From assembly GCA_001600695.1 (NCBI GenBank), contig BCKQ01000007.1:565594-629593 (forward strand): DNA of 64,000 nucleotides, read 5' to 3'. This DNA is from Ascoidea asiatica JCM 7603 (taxonomy: Eukaryota > Fungi > Ascomycota). Every line of letters starts with the position of its first letter. The first letter of the stretch is position 1. Below, piece by piece: positions 1 through 11,947 of the stretch. The notes beneath the pieces were generated by a model. It did no database searches. It had not been told where the DNA came from and was given only the letters and a program-made list of their open reading frames with translations. The position numbers and the translations under genes are program-made.

Positions 1-273
1 ATTTTCTGGAGAACTTGTAGATCCCATTAATGCTTCATGTCCTGTATAAAATAAATATCCTAACACTCCCAAAATTGCAACACCAAATGCTGATACAACT
101 GTACAAAAATATGCTTTCAATGGCTATATTATTATAAGAATAATCATAATCATAATCATAATCATTGTTATTGTTATTGTTATTGTTAATATATAATCTC
201 AATTTCAATTTAAATTTAAATTTAAATTTAAATTCGGATTAAATTCATTACTTACAGACACAACCGGTTTCAT
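1..273 (-). CDS. V-ATPase V0 subunit f (YPR170W-B / RNASEK homolog), 5' part; exon 1 273-256, intron 255-124, exon 2 123-<1
   Basis: Manual splicing (GTAAGT at 255, TAG at 126-124) gives MKPVVS|PLKAYFCTVVSAFGVAILGVLGYLFYTGHEALMGSTSSPEN, closely matching the remembered S. cerevisiae subunit f N-terminus (MRPVVSTGKAWCCTVLSAFGVVIL...NHESFVGS). Runs off the window edge. Confidence 0.9.
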
Positions 274-1022
274 TTTGAATATTATTATTATTATGATTCT
301 AAGTCTTATATTATCAATTATACTCTCTTTCCAATAAATATTCAAATAAAGATTAATAATTGTAACTGTAATTGTAATTTCAATGGCAATCCATTCACAA
401 TCTTAATCATTTCACTCTTCTTTTGGCTGTATTTTCAAATTTTATCGATTCTTACTTAAATTCGTTGTTATTATTTAAGAAGGTGCGCACGTGCGTATTA
501 GACTCCACATCTACGGCTCAATTATTTTATTATTTATTTTATTATTTTTCTTATTTATATTTGTTTATTTCTATGATGGATGATTTATTTAAGCAAAAAT
601 ACTCAAATTATATGAAGATTAGAACTTATTCTATAAAAATTATTAAAAAATTAAACACATAATGAAAGTTTAGTGAAAGAATGATAAAAAAGCAAAAAGA
701 AGGTAGTCGTTTGAAAATGGGGAAAAAAAATTTAAAAAATTAGTTATTATTAGGGAATTTTAAAGCAAAAAGTTTTATTTACTTCAAGTTTTTTTAGTTT
801 TCTTTATTTTTTTTATTTTTCTATGTTTTGATTTTGATTGAACTTTTTAATATCATTTTGGGACTTTTGAATTATAAATAATCAAAAACTGGGTATCATT
901 AACATTTTTTTTTTTTTTGGCTTTTTTTATTGCAAAATTTTATTGAAATCTTTTGACTAGAATTATTTATTGGATTTTTTATTTTTCTATCTCTATTATA
1001 TTATATTATATTATATTGAGAA

Positions 1023-1991
1023 TCAATTTCTAACTATACTTCCATTATACATAATATTTAAATTACTTTTTTCTCGTATTATACTTAAATCTGTTTTTTT
1101 TAATTTACTTTTTTTATTTGGTGCTCCTCCCCATCTATCATAAGAATATAATCCAATTCCAATTAGTATTATACCAGTAATTTGTGATGATGAAATTTTT
1201 CCACCATTTAATAATATACTTGCAGTAATTATCATAATTCTTTTTAACATACTTGCAATTGAATAACTTACTGTTGACATTGATCCTAATAAATGAAATG
1301 CTAATAATGCTTGAAAAAAATGACAAAGTCCATTAAAAAGTAATAATTTATATGGAATTATAATAATTTTTTCATTATCTGAATTATTTATTGAATTTAA
1401 GTTTAAATTTAAATTTTTTTCAATTATTTTATTTGAACTTTTTTTCTCAAAATTTGTATTTAAATTAGAATCTAATTTTGGATTTAATTTTGGATTTAAT
1501 TTTGAATTTGATTTGGAACTTGGATTTGATGTTTTTTTGAAATTTATATTTGAATTTAATGATTTTTTTCTATTAATTTGTTCTTTTAATCTTTGTTTAT
1601 GAATCTCACGATTTTTACTTTCTTCAATTAAAATTTTTTCTTCGATATCATCTGATGATAAAAAATCAGCTGGTAAATCTGGTTTTTCAATATCTATCTT
1701 TTGTTGATTTGAAGATATAAAATTTTTTGAAAATCCAGATGAAAAACTATGAGTTAAACCAAAATTATTTGAAAAATTATTATTTGATAAATTTTGATTT
1801 TGTAAATTTAATGATGATGATGAAGCTATTAATAAAGGTAATTCTGAAAATAAAAATAATGGTAATGATAAACAAAATCCAAATAATGAACAATATAATA
1901 ATACTGTTAATTTATCTAATTTTATATCATCACCATCTTCAACTAATTTTTTATTTAAATTATTTGTTATATTAATATTATTGTTATGATG

Positions 1992-2059
<68 letters not shown>

Positions 2060-3338
2060 AGCTATAATCATAAGAATATGGATTGCTTATATTTGAGTTA
2101 TATATATTATTGTTATTTAAATGTATTGAAGGAGAATTACTTCTATTTATATTAAGATTTAAATTATTATTATTATTTATTATAGTACTTGTGGAATGAT
2201 TTATATTTATATTATCATTATTAATATTTATATTACTATTATAAATTTGATTAATGGTTTGTTTTGGAATTGAAGGATTGAAATTTATATTTAAATATTG
2301 AGAAGATTTATTTGAATTTGAATATTTTTCAAATTGTTTTTCTTGTTCATAATTTTTTTCATCAAATCTATTTAAATTATTTGATTCAATATCAGAATTT
2401 GAAGAAGAATTTAAATTTGAATTTGAATTATTTAAAGGTAAAGATAAATTATTTGTAGAAATATTTGAAGTTGGTAATAATAAATCGGCTTGAGAATTAT
2501 TTGCAGATAACATTAATGGAGTTGAAATTCCAGAAGATAAAGCTAAAACTGCAGGATTATTATTTAATTTATTTTCTTTTGTATAAGTTACAACTTTTTT
2601 ACCATAAATATTTTGAACTACAAAAACTATAGTTGAAGTAAAAGCACAAATTAAACCTTTAAAATGTTTATGATATTCTAATTGAATTAAAGGTTGATCA
2701 ATTGATTTTATTGAACTAATTGATTCAATTGAATTTAAAGGTAATTTATTTGACGATTTATTATCAAAAACTACAATTATTATTACACCAGTTACTAAAG
2801 GTAATAAAGTTAAATAAGTTTGAATTGGAAATTTAACTTTATAATAAATTCTATAAGATAATACCACTAATAATGGACTTAAGGTTTTTACACTTGAAAC
2901 AGTTGCAATTGAAACTAAAGAAGTAGCTAAATGACTAAAATATTTTCCAATAAATTGAGAAATTCCCATTGGAAAAATTTTTTTAATTAATTTATAATTT
3001 GGTATAATTAAAAATTTATTACCATTTAAATTTTTATCAGTTGGTATTGAACCTTTTGGGAAAAAAATTTTTAAAATTTTAAAATTTTGTAAAAAAAAAG
3101 TTGTTAATAAAGATAATAAAATTGAGATTGAGAATTGAACTTGTGATAAAGTTGAAGGAAATGGAAAATTAGTTAAAATTTTTTTTGTTAATTGAGAAGT
3201 TATTGAAGATATTAAATACCAAATTATACAAGATATTAAAATTTTTAAAGATTTTGGTAAAAAAAATTTTGAAATATATTTTTTAATTGATTTAACTCTA
3301 TTATAAGAGTCAGTATTATTATAAGTTGATAGTTCCAT
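1023..3338 (-). CDS. SLY41: Sly41-like triose-phosphate/nucleotide-sugar transporter family membrane protein with Asn-rich insertions
   Basis: TPT-family motifs: CIIWYLISSITSQLTKKIL, FPFP, SSVKTLSPL, QNIYGKK, NGLCHFFQALLAFHLLG, VSYSIASMLKRI. Confidence 0.85.
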
Positions 3339-3371
3339 TATTTTAACTTAATTTATTATTTAGTTTATTTA

Positions 3372-3445
3372 GATTATTTGATTTATTTGATTTATTTGAT
3401 TTATTTGATTTATTTAATTTATTTAATTTATTTAATTTATTTATT
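3372..3445. repeat. 9-bp microsatellite (ATTTATTTG)n grading into (ATTTAATTT)n
   Basis: Directly visible tandem units just upstream of the SLY41-like ATG. Confidence 0.9.
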
Positions 3446-5268
3446 TAATATAAGATAAGCGAAGGACAAATATTTATAATGATAGTGATAATATATTATA
3501 TATACATAAAATTATTGATATATTATATGATTATGAATATAAAAAAGAAGATATGTGAAATTAATAATTATTGTTACGTAAATGTTATTTCTTTTTGTTT
3601 TTAGAATTTAGTTGCTAAAATTGTATTTAGGTGTAGTATTCTTGATTTTTTTCTTTATATTGAAATATTTTTTTTGCATAAAAACATTAAAAGTAACTTA
3701 AGTTAAAAAAGGAATAAATAATGCAGTTTGAAATAATTTTTGTATGAAAGTCTATAAATACATAAGATTGAAAATAAAGGGTTTATTGAAATATAATTGT
3801 TTTTATTCTTATTTTTATTTTTATAAATATTCTTGTATTTATTTTTACTATCAATGACCAATTTATGTCAATTGAGAGGAAATTCAAGAAACGTTTTAAA
3901 GGATTATTTTTGGATCTTGAATCTATCAATCAATCAGTCAATGAATCAGTTCTCAATTGAAGCTTCTGATATTTCTGAATGAACTATTTTATGAATGAAT
4001 ATGAATAATATATTTCAGATAATCTTTTTGTTGAATTTGATAAATATATTTCAGTAGGTTTGTTGATCTCCTGGAGATCAATTGAGATAAATCGAGGACA
4101 TTAAGCGCTGTGTTTGTTGATGCTGATGGTGATGTTGTTTATCGAGCAGGCTCAAAAACTGCACACAGCACAAGAAGCTCACTGCTTAGTACAAAGTTTA
4201 CACCTGGCCGACTGCAGAGACGCGGAGAAACACAAGAACCAGCGCAAAGGGTGGGTTACAAAAACCCACAGAGTTGGTAAACGTGTAGTAATGTAATATT
4301 AGGTATAAAGTACCTCAGTAAACACAGAAATGCGTTTTTAAAGACCCACAAAACTGGATTTAAAATGTACATAATAAAACATTATTATACATTAAATCCA
4401 TACAGCTGGAACAGACATTTGGAAGCCAGGATTGTGGGTTTTGTTCCCAAACCAGAAGAGTTATGGCAATTCCAATAACAACAATAAAATAACAATAACA
4501 ATAACGATAATAATAAAAAATACGTTTAATTATTAAATGATCAATTGAATATTAAATAATAATCCAGTAAAGTAATAATGATAAAGATGACAGAATATTC
4601 ATGAAACTGATTATCCATTTCAAAATTCCTTTAAAGCTTGTAGAATTTCAATGGCTCAACTCTTTTGATTCTAAAAATTTGAAACTTTTCATATTAAATT
4701 TTTATTCTGCAGCGTAAATTCCCTTTATGGATTTATTTTCATTCAATTCGGATATGTATTCACTTCAAACCACCAAATCATTTAAAAAATACTCATTATC
4801 TCTTCATTTCAACTTAATAATAATGCAAATTATGATGAATTTTTAGAATCAAAATTATTAACTTAATTAAATTCATCAATTTCTTTAATTTTTACTTACT
4901 TCTTCAACTCCATTAAATTTAACTAATATATTCTTAAAATTAAATATTGTTTTGAAATAGAACTACTGTAGAACTGTAAAAATTTATAAAATTACTCAAA
5001 TTATCAACTTCATCTTAATATTATCTAATATTATCTAATAATATTTTAGTTTAGATATCATTTTACATTCTTTTTTCTTTTTTTTTTCTAAAATTTTAAT
5101 CAAATTTTTTATTTAATTTCAATTCAATTCAATTATTTCAATAATTTCAATCATTTAATTCGTTTGAATATATTCTTTCATTCTAATCAATTCATTTCAA
5201 GACTTTAATTTAAAGCTTATGTTATTTAATTTAAATATTTTCTATTAATTCGTTTGAATTCATTTCAA

Positions 5269-8200
5269 ATGGCCCCTTTAAATTTCAAATTTTCTAATCT
5301 ACTTAAAACTACTACTATTACTACAAATAATGAAAATGTTAGTTTAGATCCTGATTTTGATAACGGTAATATAGATATTCCAATTGAAATAATTGATGAA
5401 ATTCTTTCCTCTTCTTCCTCTTCTTCTTATTCATCCTCAAATAATATCAAAAAATATAAATTTAATAAAAGGGAATGGCATGATGGTTATATTGCTTTAT
5501 GTGTTTTATTACCATTATTATTTATTTCTTTAATTTTTCTATATTTATTTTATTTATATCAAAAGAAAAAAAAGAAAAATTTAAATTCAAATACTGATTC
5601 TCTTGATGATAATAATAATAATAACAATAATGAAAATAAGGAAAGTAATGAAAATGAAAATCATTTAAAAATTAACAAATCAAATATCAATGAGTCGTTG
5701 ATCTCTTCAAATCAAATTACATTTAATAATAATGAAAAAATTGATGATAATGATGATGATGATGATGATAATGACAATGATGATAATAATATTAATGAGA
5801 ACTTAAAAAAGATTGAAACAACTGAAAAAAATCAAAAAAGTGAAACGAATGAAAAAAGTGAAAAAAATGAAATCGATGAAAAAGGAATTACTAATAGTAA
5901 AAAAGAATTAAAATCTTCAAATACTGATTCAACTAGTAGAACAAATAATACAAACAAAAGTAATGATTCAACTAATTTATCTGATACAAAACCTTTATTT
6001 GTTAATAATGACAATAAAAATATTAATGATACCAAAAATAAATCTGTTAATAAAAGTCCTTCATTAATTTATTCAAACATTTCATATTCAGTTCCACCTT
6101 CTTTAAATTCTTCAATAAAAGTTAAATTAGACACCCCGAATATTGAACTTGAATCAGATTTAAATAATAATAGTACTAATAAAAATAATGTTAACAATGA
6201 AAAAAACAATGATAATAATGACAATAATGAATCAAAAATTATTGAAAAAAATTTAAAAACTAATATGAATCCATTTAAAACTCCATCACCAATTGATTCA
6301 AAAAATCTTTCAAATAAAAATTCAAATAGAAATATTAATACTAATCAATCAAGTGATTCAAATAATTCAACAAATATTACCACAAATATAAACAATAATG
6401 TAGTTTCTTCTTCTAATGTTACTAGTACTAACAAAACTCCAGAAAATCAAATTTTATCATCTTTAGATCCATTTAATAAAAAAATTATCGATATATCAAT
6501 TGATTCAAATAATTTATTATTATCTGCTCCTAATATCAAAAAGAAACATTCTATAGAATCAGATTTATCTTTAATTCAAAACAGTATTAATGAAAATATT
6601 ATTAAAAATCAATCTAATAATAACTTAAATGTTAAAAGTGAAATTAATAATAATATCAATAATAAAAATAATAAAGAAGTAGCTAATAATAAATCTAATG
6701 ATATAAATGAAGATAAAAAATTCCAAAATCAAGTTTATGAATCTGTTGAAAAAAATAATAGTATTGATGATTTACCAAAAAGAACAAAATCAACTTTATC
6801 AATTATTTCAAATTCAAAAAGATTAAGTTGGATTAATAAAAAATCGAAAAATTTATTCAATCATAGTAATAAAAGTAAAAATTCTGATTCGGTGAAAAAT
6901 AATAACAATAATAACAATCATAATCAATACTTAAATCAAAACAATTCTCAATTATCTTTTTCAAATTCAATTTCCCAAAATTCTAATCAGTATTTAGATA
7001 ATGATATAGATGATGATAAATCTGCAAATTTATCATTAGATGATGTTCATATTCCAACTTCTCCTTTGTTACCTGCCTCAAGTATAATCTCTGTCTCTTC
7101 TCCACTATCAAATGAAGAAATTAATATCATTAAAAGTAATATTTCTAATTCAAACTCAAATTATAATTCAAAATTAGATTTACATCTTGATCTAAATAAT
7201 ATTAATAGTAATAATAATAATAATAATATTAATCAAAATTTAATTGAGAATGATATTGGTAGCTTCTCAAACAATAATAGTAGTGTCAATATTAATATTC
7301 AAAAATCTGATACAAATTCTTCATCTACAAGTGAAATAAGTCCATTGAAAACCCCATTTACAAGAAATAATATTGAAGTTCCTCAATTATCTCCATTATC
7401 GCCTGTTTCTAATTCTCAATCTACAATTAAAATTAAGCCTTCAAGTTCAATTTATATTAATCATAATTCAAATAATTTACCATTAACTGATTTTAAAAAT
7501 ATTGATAGAAGTTCAATTACTGCCTCAACAATTAAAAATTCTTCTATTTCTAATTATCCTGTTGATTTAAAACCTTTTGATCCAGAAATGCGTCAATTAA
7601 TGAATGAGATTAATAATATGAGTGTTGATATTTCTAAAGATGATACTATAAATTTTTCGAAATTGAAAAGTCAAAATGAAGAGTCAATAAACAGTTTAAC
7701 AAGTTCCTCAAATGAAAATAGTAAAGCTTCTTCAATGTCTCAGAATCACGACTTAGCTGGAAATAAAACTTCAAATGCTCAAACAAATGTAGCAGAAAAT
7801 TTGGACTTACCAAACAATGATGATGTTGCAACTATAAACTCTGAAAAAACTGTAACAAGTCTTGAAACCGGTGATAATGAAGATAATGCTATAGCCGATA
7901 CTACTTTAGAAATGGATCAAATTTTAATCTCAAATGAAATCAAAAATATTCAAAAACAATTGGATGAAAATATAATCAAAAACTCAAAAATTGACGATAA
8001 TAGTAAAGATAGTTTTTTTTTAAATGGTCAATCGAATCGTTCTTCAGTAATCTCATCAGCTTCCCCTTTGAATTTTAATATTCAAAACATACTATCACCA
8101 AATAATTTCACACCAAATAATTTGAACTCTGCAAATTCAAATTCAAGAGCCAAGTTTGAAAATCTTTCTCCAGTAACTCAAACTTCCTCACAGGTTTCAA

Positions 8201-8613
8201 CAACTATTCAATTTCCAACATCTGCATATGTTATTAATTCACCAAATATTCCTCTCCCAATTCCACCAGTTTCATCACCAATGCCATTTTCCAATATAAA
8301 TAATGCAAATTCCAATTCGAATAGTAGTTTAAAGAATCTTCAAATGAGATCAAACTCAACAGTATCTAACGTTTCTAGTGTTTCAAAGGTGTCGATTACT
8401 GAGTCTTTACATCCAATAAGTGGATTGAATCCTGTGAAGACAAATTCGAACGATGATTCAAATAGTTCATATTTAAACATTCAAGCTAAAGAGTCAGTTT
8501 CAACGTTTAAGAGTGCATATACAGCTGCTGAATCAACAACTGCTTCAACCTCAGACTCTTTTGCTTCAGCTGAGAGCGATTTTGGAAGTAGCGAAAATAG
8601 AAGATTATCTTAG
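5269..8613 (+). CDS. Uncharacterised single-pass membrane protein with long N/S-rich disordered tail
   Basis: About 1114-aa ORF from the first ATG (5269). One TM helix (GYIALCVLLPLLFISLIFLYLFYLY) followed by QKKKKK. No recognisable domain. Confidence 0.8.
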   Translation: MAPLNFKFSNLLKTTTITTNNENVSLDPDFDNGNIDIPIEIIDEILSSSSSSSYSSSNNIKKYKFNKREWHDGYIALCVLLPLLFISLIFLYLFYLYQKKKKKNLNSNTDSLDDNNNNNNNENKESNENENHLKINKSNINESLISSNQITFNNNEKIDDNDDDDDDNDNDDNNINENLKKIETTEKNQKSETNEKSEKNEIDEKGITNSKKELKSSNTDSTSRTNNTNKSNDSTNLSDTKPLFVNNDNKNINDTKNKSVNKSPSLIYSNISYSVPPSLNSSIKVKLDTPNIELESDLNNNSTNKNNVNNEKNNDNNDNNESKIIEKNLKTNMNPFKTPSPIDSKNLSNKNSNRNINTNQSSDSNNSTNITTNINNNVVSSSNVTSTNKTPENQILSSLDPFNKKIIDISIDSNNLLLSAPNIKKKHSIESDLSLIQNSINENIIKNQSNNNLNVKSEINNNINNKNNKEVANNKSNDINEDKKFQNQVYESVEKNNSIDDLPKRTKSTLSIISNSKRLSWINKKSKNLFNHSNKSKNSDSVKNNNNNNNHNQYLNQNNSQLSFSNSISQNSNQYLDNDIDDDKSANLSLDDVHIPTSPLLPASSIISVSSPLSNEEINIIKSNISNSNSNYNSKLDLHLDLNNINSNNNNNNINQNLIENDIGSFSNNNSSVNINIQKSDTNSSSTSEISPLKTPFTRNNIEVPQLSPLSPVSNSQSTIKIKPSSSIYINHNSNNLPLTDFKNIDRSSITASTIKNSSISNYPVDLKPFDPEMRQLMNEINNMSVDISKDDTINFSKLKSQNEESINSLTSSSNENSKASSMSQNHDLAGNKTSNAQTNVAENLDLPNNDDVATINSEKTVTSLETGDNEDNAIADTTLEMDQILISNEIKNIQKQLDENIIKNSKIDDNSKDSFFLNGQSNRSSVISSASPLNFNIQNILSPNNFTPNNLNSANSNSRAKFENLSPVTQTSSQVSTTIQFPTSAYVINSPNIPLPIPPVSSPMPFSNINNANSNSNSSLKNLQMRSNSTVSNVSSVSKVSITESLHPISGLNPVKTNSNDDSNSSYLNIQAKESVSTFKSAYTAAESTTASTSDSFASAESDFGSSENRRLS

Positions 8614-9325
8614 ATTATATCATAATATGGGATTTTTATTGAACATTTGATTTGGATTTAAAGTAATTTTTTTATCTAGCCGGTATGCCTTTAGTTTTTT
8701 TTTTTTATTATATCATTTCAGTCACTATAATGGTTCATATCTTTTTGTTTTTAGTCGTTCATTCTCTTAAAGTATCTCAGAAATTAATATTTTCAAAACC
8801 TTTACATTCAATATTACTTTTTTTTTATTTTGTTTTACAGCTTCTAAATTTTAATAATTGCTAATTGTTTATCACTTTTTTTTCTTTTTTTTTCTTTATT
8901 TGAAATAATTTTCATAATTAATTCTTAAATTAATTTTATTTTTAATTTTCAATCTTTAAACCAAATTTAAATTAGTTTTGATTGATTTATTTTAATTTAG
9001 TTTAATTCAATTTAATTTAATTTTACTTTATTTTTTTTATTAACATTTTTATTTCAAATTTATTCACGTAAAATCCGCTCTTCTCATATCATTTCGATCA
9101 TTGATATGAGAATGATGTTTTTATTTATTATTTTAGAAACAGATCCTTACGAGAGAAGCATTTAAAGAAAGATTATTTAATATAAAGTAAAGTATGTATT
9201 TAGTATTGAAAAAAAAAGTTATATACTGTATATGAGGCGTTCGAATGAAAGCTGGAGACAACAGCAGCTGCATTAAACACTAACCATTGTGAATTTTTGT
9301 TATTTTAACATTGTCCAAGAAATTT

Positions 9326-9514
9326 TTATCTATCTTTCTTTTTGAAAAGACTAGAAAAAGGGAATCGTGGTGGAGGAGGAGGAAAATTTTGAATTGGAAA
9401 AGATGATATCTTCCCTGAACTTTTACGAGTAATAGCAGGAATCTTAACTGGCTTTGAAGGGGTACGATTTGATTTCAAGACAACTTCTAAGTCGTTTTTT
9501 GATTTTTTACTCAT
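9326..9514 (-). CDS. Possible 62-aa basic, proline-rich microprotein
   Basis: ATG in AAAATG context, locally higher GC, PPPPP tract. No homology recognised. Confidence 0.3.
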   Translation of the reverse strand: MSKKSKNDLEVVLKSNRTPSKPVKIPAITRKSSGKISSFPIQNFPPPPPRFPFSSLFKKKDR

Positions 9515-9735
9515 TTTAATTTTTCAAATATTTTAAATGATTTTTTTTTTGAAGTATATTGAATCTAAAAGTGTGAAATTGAAAGTGCTTTTAAATTTTA
9601 TAAAACTTGAAATTTGAAAATATATTGTATCTTTCAAATTAACAAAACGTTTTCGTATGCTTGAGGCTTATAAAAATACCTTCAGTGGTATTTATAGTAA
9701 TTTTTTTCAATAATAATTGAAATATTTTACTCTAT

Positions 9736-10063
9736 TAAATTTAGATAGTAAGATTTTAGATAGATAAAACTTTTGATTGGAAAAAAATAGTGAAACCAAT
9801 AGTAGTCAATTTTATAAATTTAGATAGTAAGATTTTAGATAGATAAAACTTTTGATTGGAAAAAAATAGTGAAACCAATAGTAGTCAATTTTATAAATTT
9901 AGATAGTAAGATTTTAGATAGATAAAACTTTTGATTGGAAAAAAATAGTGAAACCAATAGTAGTCAATTTTATAAATTTAGATAGTAAGATTTTAGATAG
10001 ATAAAACTTTTGATTGGAAAAAAATAGTGAAACCAATAGTAGTCAATTTTATAAATTTAGATA
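9736..10063. repeat. Perfect tandem repeat, 4 x 79 bp plus 12 bp
   Basis: Unit TAAATTTAGATAGTAAG...GTCAATTTTA starts at 9736, 9815, 9894 and 9973, with a partial copy at 10052. Confidence 0.97.
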
Positions 10064-10569
10064 CTAATCCTATTAATCAAGGTTAAAGTTGAATAAATAT
10101 AAAAAATTTATTCAGAATAATCAAAAAATAAAATGAAAGCGTTGACTTACAATTTTTTATTTTATTGTACTTGAAGATTAATAAATTAAGATAAACGTTC
10201 ATCAAGATTCCTTTTAGTTGGATAAGGAAGTTTAATCCAATTGAATTAATTTCAATATTATTTCCAGTTAAAAAGAAAACATTTTGATAAGAACTCCACT
10301 CAGAAAATTACATTCATTACTATCAATCTATATTATAATCTAAAACAGATTTATTTCACTCAATTAATTAAAAAGATTCAATGGCTGAAAATATTGAAGC
10401 AAAACTTTTAAGTTAGGAGACCTAAATCTTAATCTAGGTCCGATTTTGCTCTATTTTGGGTGGCACAGAGTCAAACAGGGTCACATGATTCCAACCCATT
10501 CTACAGTTAAAGCCTTTTTTTTTATTTCTCCTATAAGAGTGATTTCTCGGTTTTTATATTTGATGATTT

Positions 10570-10643
10570 GATCCCTTGGCCCAGTTGGTTAAGGCATCGT
10601 GCTAATAACGCGGGGATCAGCAGTTCGATCCTGCTAGGGACCA
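10570..10643 (+). tRNA. tRNA-Ile (anticodon AAT, IAU), intronless
   Basis: Cloverleaf with A box TGGCCCAGTTGG, anticodon loop CT-AAT-AA, T arm AGCAG-TTCGATC-CTGCT and a downstream T-run. Near-identical to yeast tRNA-Ile(AAU). Confidence 0.96.
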
Positions 10644-10795
10644 TCTTAAAGTTTTCAGAACTTTCTCTTTTTTATCTTCAACCTCAATTTGATAAAACTT
10701 TGCTGTTATCAATAATATTTTCTTTTTGATTTTACTCAAACTTACTTGAATTTTTTACAAAGCAATTCACTTTTATTGGGGTTATAGAATATATA

Positions 10796-11947
10796 TTATA
10801 AAAGATTTGATAATTTAAGTATATAATCAAAAAATATTCCAGCTAATAGTAATTTTCCAGAAAGAATATTACTAACAAAATATTTCCAACAACTTTTTGG
10901 TTGGTTAATATCAACTCTGTAAATCATATTAAAAAGTCTATAACCAAAAATAGCAGCTCCTAAGAAAAAGCCTGGACCCATAGCACCATTGATTCCTGCT
11001 AAAGTTAATAAACTCATTTGAACAGTACCTAAAGAATAAAAGATTTTTTTTGAATGATTACCCCAAGCTAAAGCTGTTGATTTTATACCTGCTTTAACAT
11101 CAAATTTTTTATCTTGATGTGCATAAATTGTATCATAAATCATTGTCCAGATATATGATGAAAGATATAATGGAATCATTGTTGGCCAATTCCAAACTCC
11201 CATTGCGGTGAATCCTAACATTGTACCCCAATTATAACATGCTGATAAAACACTTTGTGGATAATATGTGAATCTTTTAAATAAAGGATATGAACCAACA
11301 AGAAATAAAGAGCTTGCTCCAAATAAAAAACAGTTTAATGGTAATTGTAATAATACAAGTAATCCAATTGAAAGTTGTCCTAATAAGAAATATGAAGCTT
11401 GATGAATATTAATTCTTTTACTAGCCATTGGCCTTTCAATTGTTCTTTCAACTTTATTATCTAAATTTCTATCTAACATATCATTGATTGTACAACCTGC
11501 ACCTCTCATTACAATAGATCCAATTCCAAATACAGATAACATCCATAATGTTGAAGATAGTGGTGCAGATATTTCATAAGCTGCCATAATAATTCCCCAA
11601 GAAGATGGTAAGAATAATAGCCATGTACCAACAGGTTTATCTAATCTCATTAATTCAGCATATGGAATATATTTTTCAGGTAATTTTGAAACCCATGATT
11701 TTTTAAGAGATTCTAATCTTTCCTTTTTTGCACTTAAGAGTAAATCTGGATGAAAAGCTGAAACTTGTTTTTGTCTTGAATTTAATAAAGTATGAAAATT
11801 TTGTTGAATTGAGTTATATTTGAAAATCGGGCTATTTATTGCGATTTTTAATGTCGTTGGTGATGAAACCTTTATTCGTTTATATAAGGTATTTTGAAAT
11901 GATTTAATTCCTATTATAGGATTAGGATTGAAATATTTGATAATCAT
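10796..11947 (-). CDS. COQ2: 4-hydroxybenzoate polyprenyltransferase, mitochondrial
   Basis: UbiA motifs RLDKPVGTWLL, MRGAGCTINDMLDRNLD..VERT..RP and YDTIYAHQD. Confidence 0.97.
   Translation of the reverse strand: MIIKYFNPNPIIGIKSFQNTLYKRIKVSSPTTLKIAINSPIFKYNSIQQNFHTLLNSRQKQVSAFHPDLLLSAKKERLESLKKSWVSKLPEKYIPYAELMRLDKPVGTWLLFLPSSWGIIMAAYEISAPLSSTLWMLSVFGIGSIVMRGAGCTINDMLDRNLDNKVERTIERPMASKRINIHQASYFLLGQLSIGLLVLLQLPLNCFLFGASSLFLVGSYPLFKRFTYYPQSVLSACYNWGTMLGFTAMGVWNWPTMIPLYLSSYIWTMIYDTIYAHQDKKFDVKAGIKSTALAWGNHSKKIFYSLGTVQMSLLTLAGINGAMGPGFFLGAAIFGYRLFNMIYRVDINQPKSCWKYFVSNILSGKLLLAGIFFDYILKLSNLL

Noticed and set aside
9736-10063. CRISPR-like array
   Set aside because: Units are identical and contiguous with no spacers, and the context is eukaryotic.
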